64,000 nucleotides of DNA from Eledone cirrhosa (GCA_964016885.1 OZ024758.1:7068001-7132000); one strand, 5' to 3'. Positions 13,323 through 28,200 are shown, numbered from the stretch's first letter. Notes: generated by a model not told the origin, from the letters alone. Program-made: numbers and translations.

Positions 13323-16300
13323 GGGCTTCTAAATCTGTTCAGATTTTATTATGATGCTTCACATTTCATATAAAAAAAAAATAATAATTTTTGAAATATT
13401 CAAAGAACATTGAACCACTAATTGTGAGCTAAGTTTGAATTATTTAATTTTCCAGGAATAATAATAAATGTTATCGCCGCTGTGGAGCTGCAACTGTTCT
13501 CACCAACATAACTTCTGGCGCTCTCGGATCATTTGAAACTACTCCTGAATTGAATCATGCCTGGAAAATTTACTGTTTGTGGATTATAACTCCCTATAAT
13601 GATGTACAAAAACCTTTTGAGTTAGCCAGAGAAAAGAAAACTTTACCCAGTATATCTCTAACATTTGAACCTGATATCTCAGTCAATTGTTCATTGGTAA
13701 GTTACTTTATCTTTGCATTTAAAAAAAATACTTATAGTAGTGAAATTATTTATATCAACATGAAGCATCCAGTCCACATTGTAATGTGGTCATGTTGTTG
13801 TCACAGCAAAAAGCACCCAGTCCACGCTGTAATGTGGTCATGTTGGTGTCACACCAAAATGTACCCAGTCCACACTGTAATGTGGTCATGTTGGTGCCAC
13901 ACCAAAATAAAGTACCAGTAATGTACTGGGTAATTGCTGGCCTTGTGCCTAAAGTAGAAACAATTATTAGACTATATTATTTAGTCAATGTTATGGCAAA
14001 GCTTCTATTTCAGTACCATTTATGTATTACAAAACTTTATATTTTCAGGATGATTTTATTTATGTCTATGATGGAATCCCAGACTTTGTTAATGGTAGTT
14101 CAAGGAATAACGGACTATTACTTGGTACATTTTGTGGTACTCAAAACCGGCCACTTTCTGTTGAAGCCGTAAAAGGTGTTTTAACAGTTTATTTCGTTTC
14201 GTATGAAAAAGGTGGTAAGTAATATTATTGTTATAACCTTTTTTACACGACCAAAACCCCCTTTGTATCGTCCTGTACCGTGCTGTGCCGTCTGTAATGT
14301 TTTTCTTCATGTTAGCCCTTGTGGCCAATAAAGAAACCATTATTATTATTATTATTATTGGATTAGCAGTATCAGTAGAGGGTCAGATGCCATGTTTTGC
14401 AGCATAGAGTTACGGCCCTTTACAGTCTGAGTTCAAATCCCGCCGAGGTTAACTTTGCCTTTCATCCTTACAGGGTCAATAAAATAAAGTACCAGTAATA
14501 CACTGGGGTCGATTTAATCGACTTCCCCCTCCCCCCAAATTGCTGGCCTTGTGCTTATATAAGAAACCATTATTAAGGCACCCATTACAAACCATAGCAT
14601 GACTGTAAAGATACCTTGTAATATAACTTCTGTGTTAAGTACTAACTGTAACGACTCTAAAGATACCTTATATATCTATATAATACAAGTTTATCTATAT
14701 AATACATGTTTATCTATATAATACATGTTTATCTATATAATACATGTTTATCTATATAATACATGTTTATCTATATAATACATGTTTATCTATATAATAC
14801 ATGTTTATCTATATAATACATGTTTATCTATATAATACATGTTTATCTATATAATACATGTTTATCTATATAATACATGTATATCTATATAATACATGTT
14901 TATCTATATAATACATGTTTATCTATATAATACATGTATATCTATATAATACATGTTTATCTATATAATACATGTTTATCTATATAATACATGTTTATCT
15001 ATATAATACATGTATATCTATATAATACATGTTTATCTATATAATACATGTTTATCTATATAATACATGTTTATCTATATAATACATGTATATCTATATA
15101 ATACATGTTTATCTATATAATACATGTTTATCTATATAATACATGTATATCTATATAATACATGTTTATCTATATAATACATGTATATCTATATAATACA
15201 TGTTTATCTATATAATACATGTTTTTGATGGGCTGTATTTCACTGGCCAGAGTAGCAACAAGTAGTGACCTCGTAAGGTCTACAAATAAATGCTGGATTT
15301 CTCAATGAATCTGTTGGTGTCAAACAGAGTTTTGCAAAGACAGTTTATGATTAATAATAAAAAAAAAAAAAAGGAATTGTTCTTAGGATGTGATAAACAT
15401 AAAACATTAATGCTAACTATTTACCCTTATTTTTCAGATCCCATTCGACAAGGATTTAATGCACATTATGTAGTTAACTGGTGTCCTTCTTATTGCAATG
15501 GAAATCGAGAGTGTAAAGACAATCAATGTGTTTGTAAAGAAGGATTCATAGGACCTACATGTGATCAACGGCTTTGTTTTGCCAACTGCACCAAAATAAA
15601 AAAGCAAGCGGAATGTCGTAATGTAAGTTTAGATATTGGATCTTCAAATGTTATGGTACTTTGATTACATTTTAGTGAAACATTTTAAAAGAAAACGGAA
15701 TTAATTATTACCAGAAATAATAACAGAACACACTCACTGTTTGGGTTGGTTTCCGTTTCTGTATCTTTTATATCTCCATAGTTAATTTATTTGGCAATCA
15801 TTGTTTATCATTGATTGACCAGCGGTTAAAAATACAGAAATATATATATATATATATAGTCTATCAAAGTTCTTTCGTCACACATCTGCGACATCATCAG
15901 TGGTACTATTATGTTTCCTCCCATTGTATTATAATGTCTACAGCATTTTTTTTTTTTATGACCCTCCTCAAGTATAACAAGAATTAATTATTGTATATCT
16001 AAATTCAAAAAGCTATCTGATATACACACATATATATAAATTGGGAGAATAATTAGTGTTGAGAGAAGACTTTGCAGAATTTCTTCCAGTTTCCTATACT
16101 TTGAGTTTAAGTCCTGTTAATCCTATTAATGCCAACTTTGTCATTCACCTTTTTGGAATATTGATATCCCCCCCCCCCCCTCCCCACTAGCACTGGCCTG
16201 ACGAACCTCCAGGCTCGAGACAAACTTTAACCCTGCGATGGACTGGTGTCCTGTCCTGGGGGGAGTTGGTACCCTCAGTCACTTCATGACATGGAAACTA

Positions 16301-19214
16301 AGATAAGCACCAGCCTTATGAACCTCTGGGCTTGAGAGAGACTTTAACCCTATAATGGAGTATTGTCCTGCCAAGCGGGTAGTTTATACTCTGTTACTTC
16401 ATGCTATAGAAACCAGAATAAGCACTGAACTGATGAGCCTCTGGGCCCGAGACAGACTTTAACCCTGCAATGGACTGGTGTCCTGTCCAGTGGTAGTCTT
16501 GTCCTCTCACTTTTCCTATCTAATGAGCCTCCAGGCTCGAGACAAACTTTACACTTCGATATTTATAAACACTGCTACACACTTTAAGTACTTTACTCTT
16601 GTATTTGTTTAGCTAAATGTGTGTTTTATATAACTTGTTCATATTCCACTTTACAGTGTGTTTGTCCTGATGGTGCACGTTGTTATGAAGAGCAGACAAT
16701 TGTTGAATATCTGTTTAATCCTGCAAGCCGTGATGAGGACATTTATCCACCTCATCTTGCTCGAATGGGCCACAGTTTGATCAGTTGTGGAGATGATGTT
16801 CTTTATCTTTATGGAGGACGATCTCTTAAGTATGGACTGATCAATGAAATGTGGATATTTAATCTTAGCAGCCGGGAATGGTCTAAAGTCATTGCTAGCA
16901 CTGATGAAGAACCAGCAGGGAGGTAAGTTTCTTCCATTTTACTCAAACAACAACAACTATCATTATATTCTGGTGAATTGGCAGTATCGGTAGAGGGTTG
17001 CACGCCATGTTTTCTAGCATAGTTACGTCCCTTTACGGTCTGAGTTCAAATCCCGCCGAGGTTAACTTTGCCTTTCATCCTTACGGGGTCGATAAAACAA
17101 AGTACCAGTAATGCACTGGGTAATTGCTGGCCTTGTGCCAAAAGTTGAAACAATTATTAAAAGGGTGGTGGATTGGCAGTATCGGTAGAAGGGCAGATGC
17201 CATGCTTTGCAGCATAGAGTTACGGCCCTTTACGATCTGAGTTCAAACCCCACCGAGGTTAACTTTGCCTTTCATTCTTACAGGGTTGATAAAATAAAGT
17301 ACCAGTAATACACTGGACTAATTGCTGGCCTTGTGTCAAAAGTAGAAACACTTATTATATTCTTCCTCTTTATAACTGATATGTAGGTATATGGTTTAGT
17401 GGTCAAAGACATGACAGCCTCCCTAGTGTTGGTGATCTACACAGTAAATGCATCCAGTACACTCTGTAAAGGGGTTGCTGATAGGAAGGGGGCATCTAGC
17501 CATAAGAACCCTGCTAAACAAAGAGCTGGGAGGACCCTTCAGTTGTGTCAACGACATGACAACCCCCTTTGTGCACTCAATAGAACATGTAACCATATGT
17601 AAGTGAAATACTGATCCCTTGTCTATCTGGGTGGTCAGCAGTCCCACTTCAGTACTAACCATTACTAGTAGGGAACATGGACCTTAAATGATGATGATGG
17701 AGGTGTGTGGCCTAGTTGTGTGTTGCACTTATGATCATAATGCTGTGGGTTCAATTCTGGGCTTAAGACAGGCTTTAGATGATGATGATGATGATGATTA
17801 AACATGTCTTTTCTTGAAATAACTGTTTAAAAAAAAAACAGACTAATTCTATTTAGTGAAATACAGTGTAAACACATGTTACTACCTAATTTAGCCATTT
17901 ATTGTGGTTCTGAGAACAATGTGGCTTTGCAGGTGATCAATGCAAATTGACAATGGAAAGGTGCTCCCGCTCGAGTTAGAAGAGAACTATTGACCTTCAG
18001 GAGAAGCAGTGACCCCTGATTGTATTCAGCAACAGAAACAAATATGAAGTACACCAAATCCAATGCTCCTAGGGGCAGCTCTGGTTCTTCTTGTTTGCGA
18101 GTGTAAACTCGGCCAGATTAGATTAGATTGTAAACAAAGTCTGCTTTGTGTCTCCCTATTTATGTACAATGTTAATGTTGTTTGTATTTTTTGTAGGTAC
18201 TACCATGCTGCTGTTTGTGTGCCCATCCTTAAGACAATTTTTATTTATGGTGGTATTGTTGAAACTGGGAGAAAAACTCAAAAATATAAAGTAACCAACG
18301 AATTTTGGAAATTTGCAATAGAATCGAGGAAATGGAAGAAAGAAAGGGTAAACTATTATCTATATTCAATAATATTTTATATTGAAGATTAATGATTAAT
18401 TTCAATGAATGATTGGAAAATACTAGCAGGGAAAGCAGGTGTTAAACTGTATGAGGGTTGGCTGAAAAGTTCATAAGCTGACCAAGTTACTCTCATGGAA
18501 TGACCAAATGACATGTATGATATGTATTTGCTGATGTATTGAAAAATTATCAATAAATGTGAAACTTTTAAACTGCCTCATCAAAATGTACGAGGGTCGG
18601 CTGAAAAATTCATAGGCTGACCAAGATACTCTCATGGAGTGACCAAATGAGGTTTATTTTTCAACTAGTTCGGATCTAGCTGTCGAAATGGCCTGGCTGT
18701 TTCGACAACTAGATCCGAACTAGTCCGCTTTAGTTTGAATCTAGCTGTCGCAACAGCCGGAGCTCAACCGTCGGGGCCCTGAATCTTTTCATATTACCCA
18801 CTCTGCTATTATTTAATTTTTATTTTATTTTAACAGAGTGATTCTTGGTTGCCAGCTGTTGCTGGTCACACACTAACATATGTCCTTGATACAAAATTGG
18901 TGGTCATTGGAGGATTCTCCACAGAGAATTATTTTCTCGATAAAGTCCTCATTTACAATTCTGCACAAACCCAGTGGGACATCTACCATCGCAAGAATCT
19001 CAGTGGAGTTATTCCCCTTGGTAAGTGGTAATATCACTTCATTCTTAATATTACCGATGGAATACGTAATATTTGGTTTCTTCACCAAACTTTAATAAAG
19101 TTCTGTGTCTGTCTGTGTGTACGCATGTTTCCTCTTACAATGCATACTTAGCAACCCTGTTCTGTTGGTTTATGCCTAGGAACTGCCATAAACCTTATAT
19201 ATATATATATATGC

Positions 19215-19271
<57 letters not shown>

Positions 19272-22200
19272 TATATAAATATATATATGTGTGTGTGTGT
19301 GGCTGACTGAATACAGACACGTTTTTTTTCTCAGTTTTGCTCTCCGTTCCTTCCTCTTCATACTTTTCATCTTTTATTTCTCATTTTATCCTTTGATGAA
19401 GGACTAGTGTCCAAAATGTTAAGACTCTTTTCCTATTATTTCAAGCGTTAAACTAATATATTTCTTTGTTGCGCTGTGTTGTTTGTTTTGTTATTTCTGT
19501 TTACTTTTTACACACACACACACACACACATCACCAACACACATACACACAGATAGATAGATAGACAACACTGATGGCAGTGAATGTTCTCTTCTGACAT
19601 GAATGAAAGCATTTTAGAATATTTGTCCACCCTCCCACCCCCAGCGCTGTGTGAAAATAAAAAAAAGAAGGAACTCTGAGTATTCTACAAAAAATGAATG
19701 CTTAATTACCAGCTGTTAAATGTAATATTTGATACCTCTATGTTTCCATATCAAAGACTCAATCTTTTTTAATTACAAATTCACACCCTAATAACAGTAT
19801 TTATATATGTTTTTCACACTGGAGTTCTTGAACATGTAAGGTATATATTTATTTGTATTTAATTGATTCTGGCTTCTTAATATTCTCTACCAGATACTTC
19901 GTCTTAATCTCATTCATTCTCAGCTCCACACAGTCTCACCTCCTAGCTTGGCCGCAGTCATGTGACTGAAACCAATAAAAGAATATTTATCAATATTGCA
20001 ATAAATTGTAAATATGTTTTTATTATATCCTTGTTTTTTCTCTATCTCAGGTATCTATGGACACAGTGCAATATATCACCGTGCTGTTGCCACTATTTAC
20101 ATATATGGAGGAATGCTTTTTACAAAATATTACAAATTCCATCCATCAAAAGAACTATATACATTTGATGTCGACAAGTTACAATGGAACATCCTCCAAG
20201 CATCAGATGATAGAATGGTAAATATTGTTTTTCTATTTGAAAGAAATGAGCTGTGTGCTGTGCATGGATGAAGCTCAGGGAATTCAGTGGCTTGCTAATG
20301 AGAAGAGGAATATTATTGAAATTAAAAGGAAAGGTGTATGCTGCATGGTTGGGAAGTGCCATGATCTATGGGAGTGTGATGGGTGATTAACATGAAGCAA
20401 TAGAAGAGCCTGGAAAGAATAGAAATGGTTTTGTGGATGAGTATTGTGTTACTGGGAGAGCCAGTGATGAATGTTTTGAAGAGATTATGGATTATAGTGG
20501 AAAGTTTTTGGATATAAACAGTTTCAAGTGGTCAAGTATCAACATTTCAAATGTTTTCTGTTGGAGGAAATGTCATGCCACAGATGCCTATAGTTTCTAT
20601 TTTGGGCTCTATATATATGAAGCCTGGCTGAGAAGTTCATAGGCTGACCAAGATACTCTCATGGAATGATCAAATGAGGTTTATTTTTCAACATAATCCC
20701 TAGAAAGAAACAATACAGTTATTAATAAGAAGAGTTGAAATTAAAGCATGCAAGATTTCACAGCACTAGCATCACTCCTTCATAGGCTGACCAAGATACT
20801 CTCATGGAATGACCAAATGAGGTTTATTTTTCAACATAATCCCTAGAAAGAAACAATACAGTTATTAATAAGAAGAGTTGAAATTAAAGCATGCAAGATT
20901 TCACAGCTCTAGCATCATTCCTTCAGTGTCAGACTATGTCCCTTTCAGCCTACCCTCGTATGATCTGTTTTTTCTAAGTTCTAACTTTCAGTTGAGTAAA
21001 TGGTAATATGAATAGTTTTTCCATTTTTTTTTCGTTTTTTATAATTGTAACATGTTTTGTTCATTCAGTTGCAACCTCGAATGTTTCATGTTGCTGTAAA
21101 CACTCTGAATTATATGCTGTTGATAGGAGGCCGCACTGTAGATCGATCACCAATCAAGGATATTCTTTTGTACCGTTTTAAATGTAATGCATGGCAGAAC
21201 ATTTCTTTTAAAGGTAATCGTGCTATTTCATACACATTTCTATTTACATTGTTATCTCAAATAATTATCTCCCTTTACATCGTCATCATCGTCATTTAAC
21301 AGCCATTTCCATGCCTAGCATGGGTTAGACAAGTTGTCCCGTTGTGAGACAAGTCAAATCAGGTGACCACGTCTTGCTCCTATAGAACTGTTTCTGGTTT
21401 GGTTTCTATGGTTCAATACCTTTCCTAATGCCATCAACATTTACATATTTATATAGTTTTAAAAATATGAAAGAAAAAAAATGACATATAAAGCAAAATC
21501 GATAATATAAAGATGATTGGAAACAAGCAGTCCAAGAATTAAATATAAATTACAAAATATAGATTACTATTGAAAACAACAAATATTAAAAAAAATATAT
21601 ATTCCATGCATAGTGAAGGCAACCTATCTAGGAGAGTAGACACTCCAAATAAAAACTGATACAGGATGGAGAGGACTTTTGAGTCCAGTAAGACAACCTC
21701 TCTAGTGCTGGTGGCATGAATAATACACCCAGTCAATGCTGTAAAGTGGTTGGTGATAGGAAGGGCATCCAGCCAGAAAAACCCTGCCAAAAATATAAAA
21801 AAAAAAATGAAAAGCACATGAAATGATGTAATGTAAATATTTATGTAAAACATTCTGCAATGTCAATGTGCATGAACGGCCAAGCATAGATGAGTTGAGA
21901 GAGAAACTGTGTATAAGAGGGATAGGCTGTAGTGTGCGGGAGAGAAGACTGCATTGGTATGGACATGTGATGCGCATGGAGGATGAACGCAGGGTAAAGA
22001 TGTGCCAAGAAATCCCAGTAGAAGGAACACGCAGCCGAGGAAGACCACGAAAAACATGGGCAGAGGTGGTGAGAGCTGACCTCAGATTGCTGAAGCTCAC
22101 AGAGGAGATGACGAATGGAGAGATGCTGTGCTTAATAGGACCCATTCCACCCTTGCAAGCAGGGAAAAGCAGACGTAAAATGATGATGATGATGATGATT

Positions 22201-25200
22201 CTAATCCCAGATATTTGTTAGTTTCTGTAACAATTGAATGAAAGATAGAAAAATAAAATGTTTTCATTCATCCATAAGCAATGCTGATGTTAGCAGCACT
22301 TATGGATAGTAAGGGTGACCATTAGGAAGGGCAGCAGGCCATGAAACACTGTACAGAAAAGTGAATTTAAAAACAGCGAGGATGATGATGATGACAATGT
22401 TATATCTGTTTTAAAAAATTGAAGTCTAATTATTGTTATTTAATATATTTGATTTCTCATAAAGGCAGATGGCAACTTCTTTTTCTGTTTTTAAGGGTCT
22501 TCATCTTATTTTATAAGCTATTTTATAGCATCTATGCTCTCGAGCATTCTTTATAGTAACTTTATCTTCTCAGTGCCTTGTAAAAGCCCCAGAGATTGGC
22601 TACATATACACGGTGTTTGTTGACATCTAAAAAGCTGTTATTCAACTATCAATTTGACCCTTTAGCATTTACATTACTCTATATTTACTATTTTATTTTC
22701 ATATAATTATCTCACATAATATCGAATCTACGATATTTTGCTATTATTTATGTTAAGAACAATACCTTAACGTAAGTATAAGCAGACAGTTACGGCCGGT
22801 TTGAACAGAAAGAGGTGAGGGAATTCTAGTCAGATATGGCCGGTTTAAATGCTAAAAGTAAGAATTGTCACAGTCTTTTTGCTTAATGGTTTAAGGTGCT
22901 TAGCTGGTATCTGGGAGATATGGGGTTCCTCATAACAGGCAATAGCAACCATCTTTTAAGCGTCTTCATCCTATTTTATAAGCTATTTTAAAGCATCTCC
23001 CTGCATGAACACACTATTCTTTTTATTAACTTTATTTTCTCAGCACTTTGTAAAAGTCCGAGAGATCAGCTACATATACATGATATCAATAGTTATTTGA
23101 TGTTTGGTTGTCCTTTTTTGTCTTTCTAGATCCCGAAATGAATGATTACCTACGTAACTACTTCGGTGCTGCTGCCACTACTGTGTACAACAATTTTTAT
23201 ATAATGGGTGGCTATAATGGTGTGGAAACTGGTAAACTAGTCAAAATCCGACTTCCAGACGATACATGCTCCCTTATAAATGACTATGAGACCTGCAAGA
23301 GTACAAATGGTTGTTCTGCATGTAAGGTAGAAGCTGTATTAAACTTAACATATTGTATTTCAACTGAAGGTAAATTTCCTGAAATGTAAGTATAGTTTAG
23401 ATTTTTTTTTTTTTTTTTTTTAATGTCTAATGGGACATAGAGAGAAACTCAATACTGTGAAGTATTTAGTCCCATGTTTTTTCATTCCTTGTTATTCTAT
23501 TTTGCTATTATTAGCTATGATTCTAATGTTGTACAATGGGGAACATTTATCTAAATTTAAGAAAGACGGGAATCCAATGTGCTGTGTAAGAGAGAAGACT
23601 ACGTTGGTATGGACATGTTATGCACATGAATGATGATTACTGGGCGAAGAAGTGCAAGGAAATCCCAGTGGAAGGAAGCCACAATAGAGATAGACCAAGG
23701 GAAACCTGAGCAGAGATGGTGAGAGTTGCACTGGTACTGACTTGTGATGGGTATGGATGTAAGCAGGAGAGAAGACTGCACTGGTACAGACATGTGATGG
23801 GTATGGATGTAAGCAGGAGAGAAGACTGCACTGGTACAGACATGTGATGGGTATGGATGATGATCATTGGGGGAAGAAGTACCAATAACTTTCAGTAGAA
23901 GAGGATGACTGAAGAAAACATGGACTGATGTAGTAAGAGCTGATTTCAAATCACTGAACTATGATCATAGAAAATGACAAAGGAACACAACAAAAGGAGG
24001 GAAGTTATACTGGAGAAGACCTGCCTGACCCTTGCAAGCATGGAAAATGATGATGATGATAATATAATAATTAACAAGTAAAACAATTGAAAACTGATCT
24101 CTATGTGGTTAGTTTAAAAGTGAAAATATGTTTATTAAACCTTTAGTTACTAATCTGGTCAAAACCAGCTCTGCTTCTATGAAATAAAACCACTCATTTT
24201 AATGGTTTCCAATTTAAATTAAAATCTTCCAACACAATTTTATATAAGAACCTTTCATTAAGTTACTATTTTAGTAATGAGTGAAGCTGTGTGGCTGATT
24301 GGTTAGAGAACTGGATTCACAATCGTGAGATTGTCAGTTCGATTCCTGGACCAGGTGATGCGTTATGTCCTTGAGCAAGACACTTTATTTCACGTTGCGA
24401 CCGATAGATAGTATTAGCAATTGGAAAGACCAACGGAAACATTGTTTCCTCAGTCCGATTTGACGAAAGTCGATCGACAAATTAAAAAAAATTTTTTTTA
24501 GTAATGAAATCATTTATAATTTTAGTAAATCCCTCGAAAATCGTTACTAATTAATTAAAATAGAAAATATTTCATCAGAAATGCAGTCATGGAAAGGTTA
24601 AATGATTTCTTCTCTTCTTGTGTGTGTATTATAGATGTCTTGGTGGAAATATTAGTGAAGGAAAAATCTGTGATCACAAGTGGTTTGAGGCTAGAGACTG
24701 CCATAAGTACAAAACATGCGATCAATGCCTGGCTATTTATCCAGAATTCAAGAAAATATCTCAAGTAAGTTTTTAGCTTTATATCTGTTGATTTCAAACT
24801 AAATAAATAATATCCTTAAATTTGCAATTATACCAGAAAAGTGACATTTTAGCTATTGCAGGGTCCCATAACATTCGATGGAGTGATAGTGGTATACAGC
24901 ATTTCTATGTGATTTAAGCCTGGTGGAGCCCAAACCTCTCCAGGTCTAAACACAGCAGATTCAGTGGATATAGTGTCAGAGAGCATCGGATAATATGCTT
25001 TGCAACATAGAGTTATGGCCTTTTATGGTCTGAGTTCCAATACACCCGAGATTAGCTTTGCCTTTCCTCCTTACGGGGGTTAAAATAAAGTACCAGTAAT
25101 GCACTGAGGTCGATTTAATCGAATTTGCTCTTCCTCCTTTCCCCCAAATTGTTGGCCTTGTGCCTAAATCAGAAACCATTATATAGGATTAATTATTTGG

Positions 25201-28200
25201 ATTTTCTTTTCTTCAGGTTTGCAAATGGTGCAAGCATTGTAAAGTTGGTAAATGTATTCATCAAAAGCAAGAATGCGGTGACCAAAATCCCTGTAATCGG
25301 TCACAGGCCGAATTTCTTGACATGTCTGACTGCGATGGCATTGTATGCAAGGCTGTCAACTGCCACTCATGTCACAACTCAAAGAACTGTATGTGGACAA
25401 GACAAGTGACACGCACTGGTAAGTTGATTCCATATATTTTGGATTTTCATTATCATCATCGCTGTAATGTCTGCTTTCCTTGCTATCTAGGGTTGGACAG
25501 GTCTACACAGACCAAGTCAGTAGTGAAGAGGTAACTACTGATCTCTGGGTTGGACAGGTCTACACAGACCAAGTCAGTACTGAAGAGGTAACTACTGATC
25601 TCTGGGTTGGACAGGTCTACACAGACCAAGTCAGTACTGAAGAGGTAACTACTGATCTCTGGGTTGGACAGGTCTACACAGACCAAGTCAGTACTGAAGA
25701 GGTAACTACTGATCTCTGGGTTGGACAGGTCTACACAGACCAAGTCAGTAGTGAAGAGGTAACTACTGATCTCTGGGTTGGACAGGTCTACACAGACCAA
25801 GTCAGTACTGAAGAGGTAACTACTGATCTCTGGGTTGGACAGGTCTACACAGACCAAGTCAGTACTGAAGAGGTAACTACTGATCTCTGGGTTGGACAGG
25901 TCTACACAGACCAAGTCGGTAGTGAAGAGGTGGCTACTGATCTCTGGGTTGGACAGGTCTACATAGACCAAGTCAGTAGTGAAGAGGTAACTACTGATCT
26001 CTGGGTTGGACAGGTCTACACAGACCAAGTCAGTACTGAAGAGGTAACTACTGATCTCTGGGTTAGACAGGTCTACACAGACCAAGTCAGTAGTGAAGTG
26101 GTGGCCAGGAATCTGTCATCTCATTTGATTTTCTGAACTAGAAATAGGAAAAAAAAATGACCCAGTAATTGAATCATTATTATTTGTTATTGTCTTGATT
26201 TGATTTCTACACTGGTGTGGGTTGGGTGGGTTTCCACGTTTTTCTATATGGTTTGGTGGATCATCTCACACGCGTTCTGGAGGTTCTTTTTTATCAACAA
26301 CCAAACAGAAAGCAGTGACAGTCAACCAGGGGAAGTGGGGAGGCAGTCCTCCAACAGGTGTGACGAAGCCCTCGATTGGATTTGATTAGATATTTATCTG
26401 AAAATTTTCCATCATAATTCAAGAACCTTTGTTAAGTTTTGTTCCAGACAGCAGTTTAATAAGTAAATTAATTATATTCCTAAATCCTGAAGTGGGGTTA
26501 TTGATCTCGCTGACAAGCCAGGGATCTGTATTTCTATCACAGTTTTCTTGTATTGTTATTTATTTCTTCTGCAGGTGAGATTACCCGAATGGTTAGTGGA
26601 AACCCTAGGTACTCATGGAGCTGCGTAATTGCTGGTGTCCAACAAAAACGGCCGAAAGGTATCATAATGAGACGTAGATTGTATAAACAACCTTTAAACG
26701 AGTGTCCGTCTGAATGTTACCAGAATAAAACCTGTGAAAAGTGTGTGTCATCTCATGGAGCAGAAGGTGGGTCTCAGCATTGTGTATGGAGTGAAAAATT
26801 ACACGAGGTGAGTAAAATATACATCTGTTATGGATCCTTCAAGCCAGCCTATAAACTTTTCACCCACCTTCATATATTATAATAATTTGATTACAACTAA
26901 ATATTGTGAAAGGTGGCATTAAAAACAAATTTTAATTTTCTGAAATTAAGTATTGTTATTTCTTGAATATAAGGTCACCCACTATTTTATGCCTGAGAAA
27001 TGTATCTACCGTATATACTTGAATATAAGTTGACTCTACTATTTTATGTCTGAGAAATTTACCTACCGTATATACTTGAATATAAGTTGACCCTACTATT
27101 TTATGTCTGAGAAATTTACCTACCGTATATACTTGAATATAAGTTGACCCTACTATTTTATGTCTGAGAAATGTATCTACCGTATATACTTGAATATAAG
27201 TTGACCCTACTATTTTATGTCTGAGAAATTTACCTACCGTATATACTTGAATATAAGTTGACCCTACTATTTTATGTCTGAGAAATTTACCTACCGTATA
27301 TACTTGAATATAAGTTGACCCTACTATTTTATGTCTGAGAAATTTATCTACCGTATATACTTGAATATAAGTTGACCCTACTATTTTATGTCTGAGAAAT
27401 TTACCTACCGTATATACTTGAATATAAGTTGACCCTACTATTTTATGTCTGAGAAATTTATCTACCGTATATACTTGAATATAAGTTGACCCTACTATTT
27501 TATGTCTGAGAAATTTACCTACCGTATATACTTGAATATAAGTTGACTCTACTATTTTATGTCTGAGAAATTTATCTACCGTATATACTTGAATATAAGC
27601 TAACCCATTATGTTATGTCTGAGAAATGGGCAAAAGCCTAAACCTTGTTTATGTAGCAGTTAAAGTTGATGAATTACTGTAGATAATTGAATAGAATCTG
27701 AGGAATATGTGATAAAAAATATGTGTGTAGTTGTCTTATATATGATGATGATGATGTCATCTAAACGTGTTGATTAGCTAGCTGCCTTCGCTTATAAACA
27801 GGGTTTGAATTTTTGCCCATTTCCCAGACATAAGATGGTGGGGTGTGTGTGCTTATATTTGAGTATATACAGTAATATATATTTGTTGTAGTATTGAAAA
27901 TATACATTATTTTCACCATTATTTCCGGTGGATTGGCAGTAGAATCGGTAGAGCGTCAGACGCCATGCTTTGCAGCATAGAGTTACGGCCCTTTATGATC
28001 TGGGTTCAAATCCCGCCGAGGTTAACTTTGCCTTTCATCCTTACGGGGTCGATAAAATAAAGTACCAGTAATGCACTGGGGATTATTGCTGGCCTTGTGC
28101 CAAAAGTAGAAACAATTATTTCCTTGTTTTTTGAAATGTCTTTTTTATTCAAGTATAGACAGTAATTGTTTTGTTTCATTCAATTATTTACTTCCAGTGT

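Noticed and set aside
16422-16460. CTGATGAGCCTCTGGGCCCGAGAC in the SINE B tail as a hammerhead
   Set aside because: All copies have GAGAC rather than GAAAC, and there is no stem I/III pairing.
21868-22221. 117-aa ORF as a nested gene
   Set aside because: It is the C-terminus of an RTE LINE ORF.
23366-23375. Alternative donor GAAG|gtaaat in exon 16
   Set aside because: It gives phase 1, incompatible with exon 17 (phase 2); the donor after 23385 fits.
25480-26136. 218-aa and 200-aa repetitive ORFs
   Set aside because: Products of the 57-bp minisatellite; no splice-compatible role in MEGF8.
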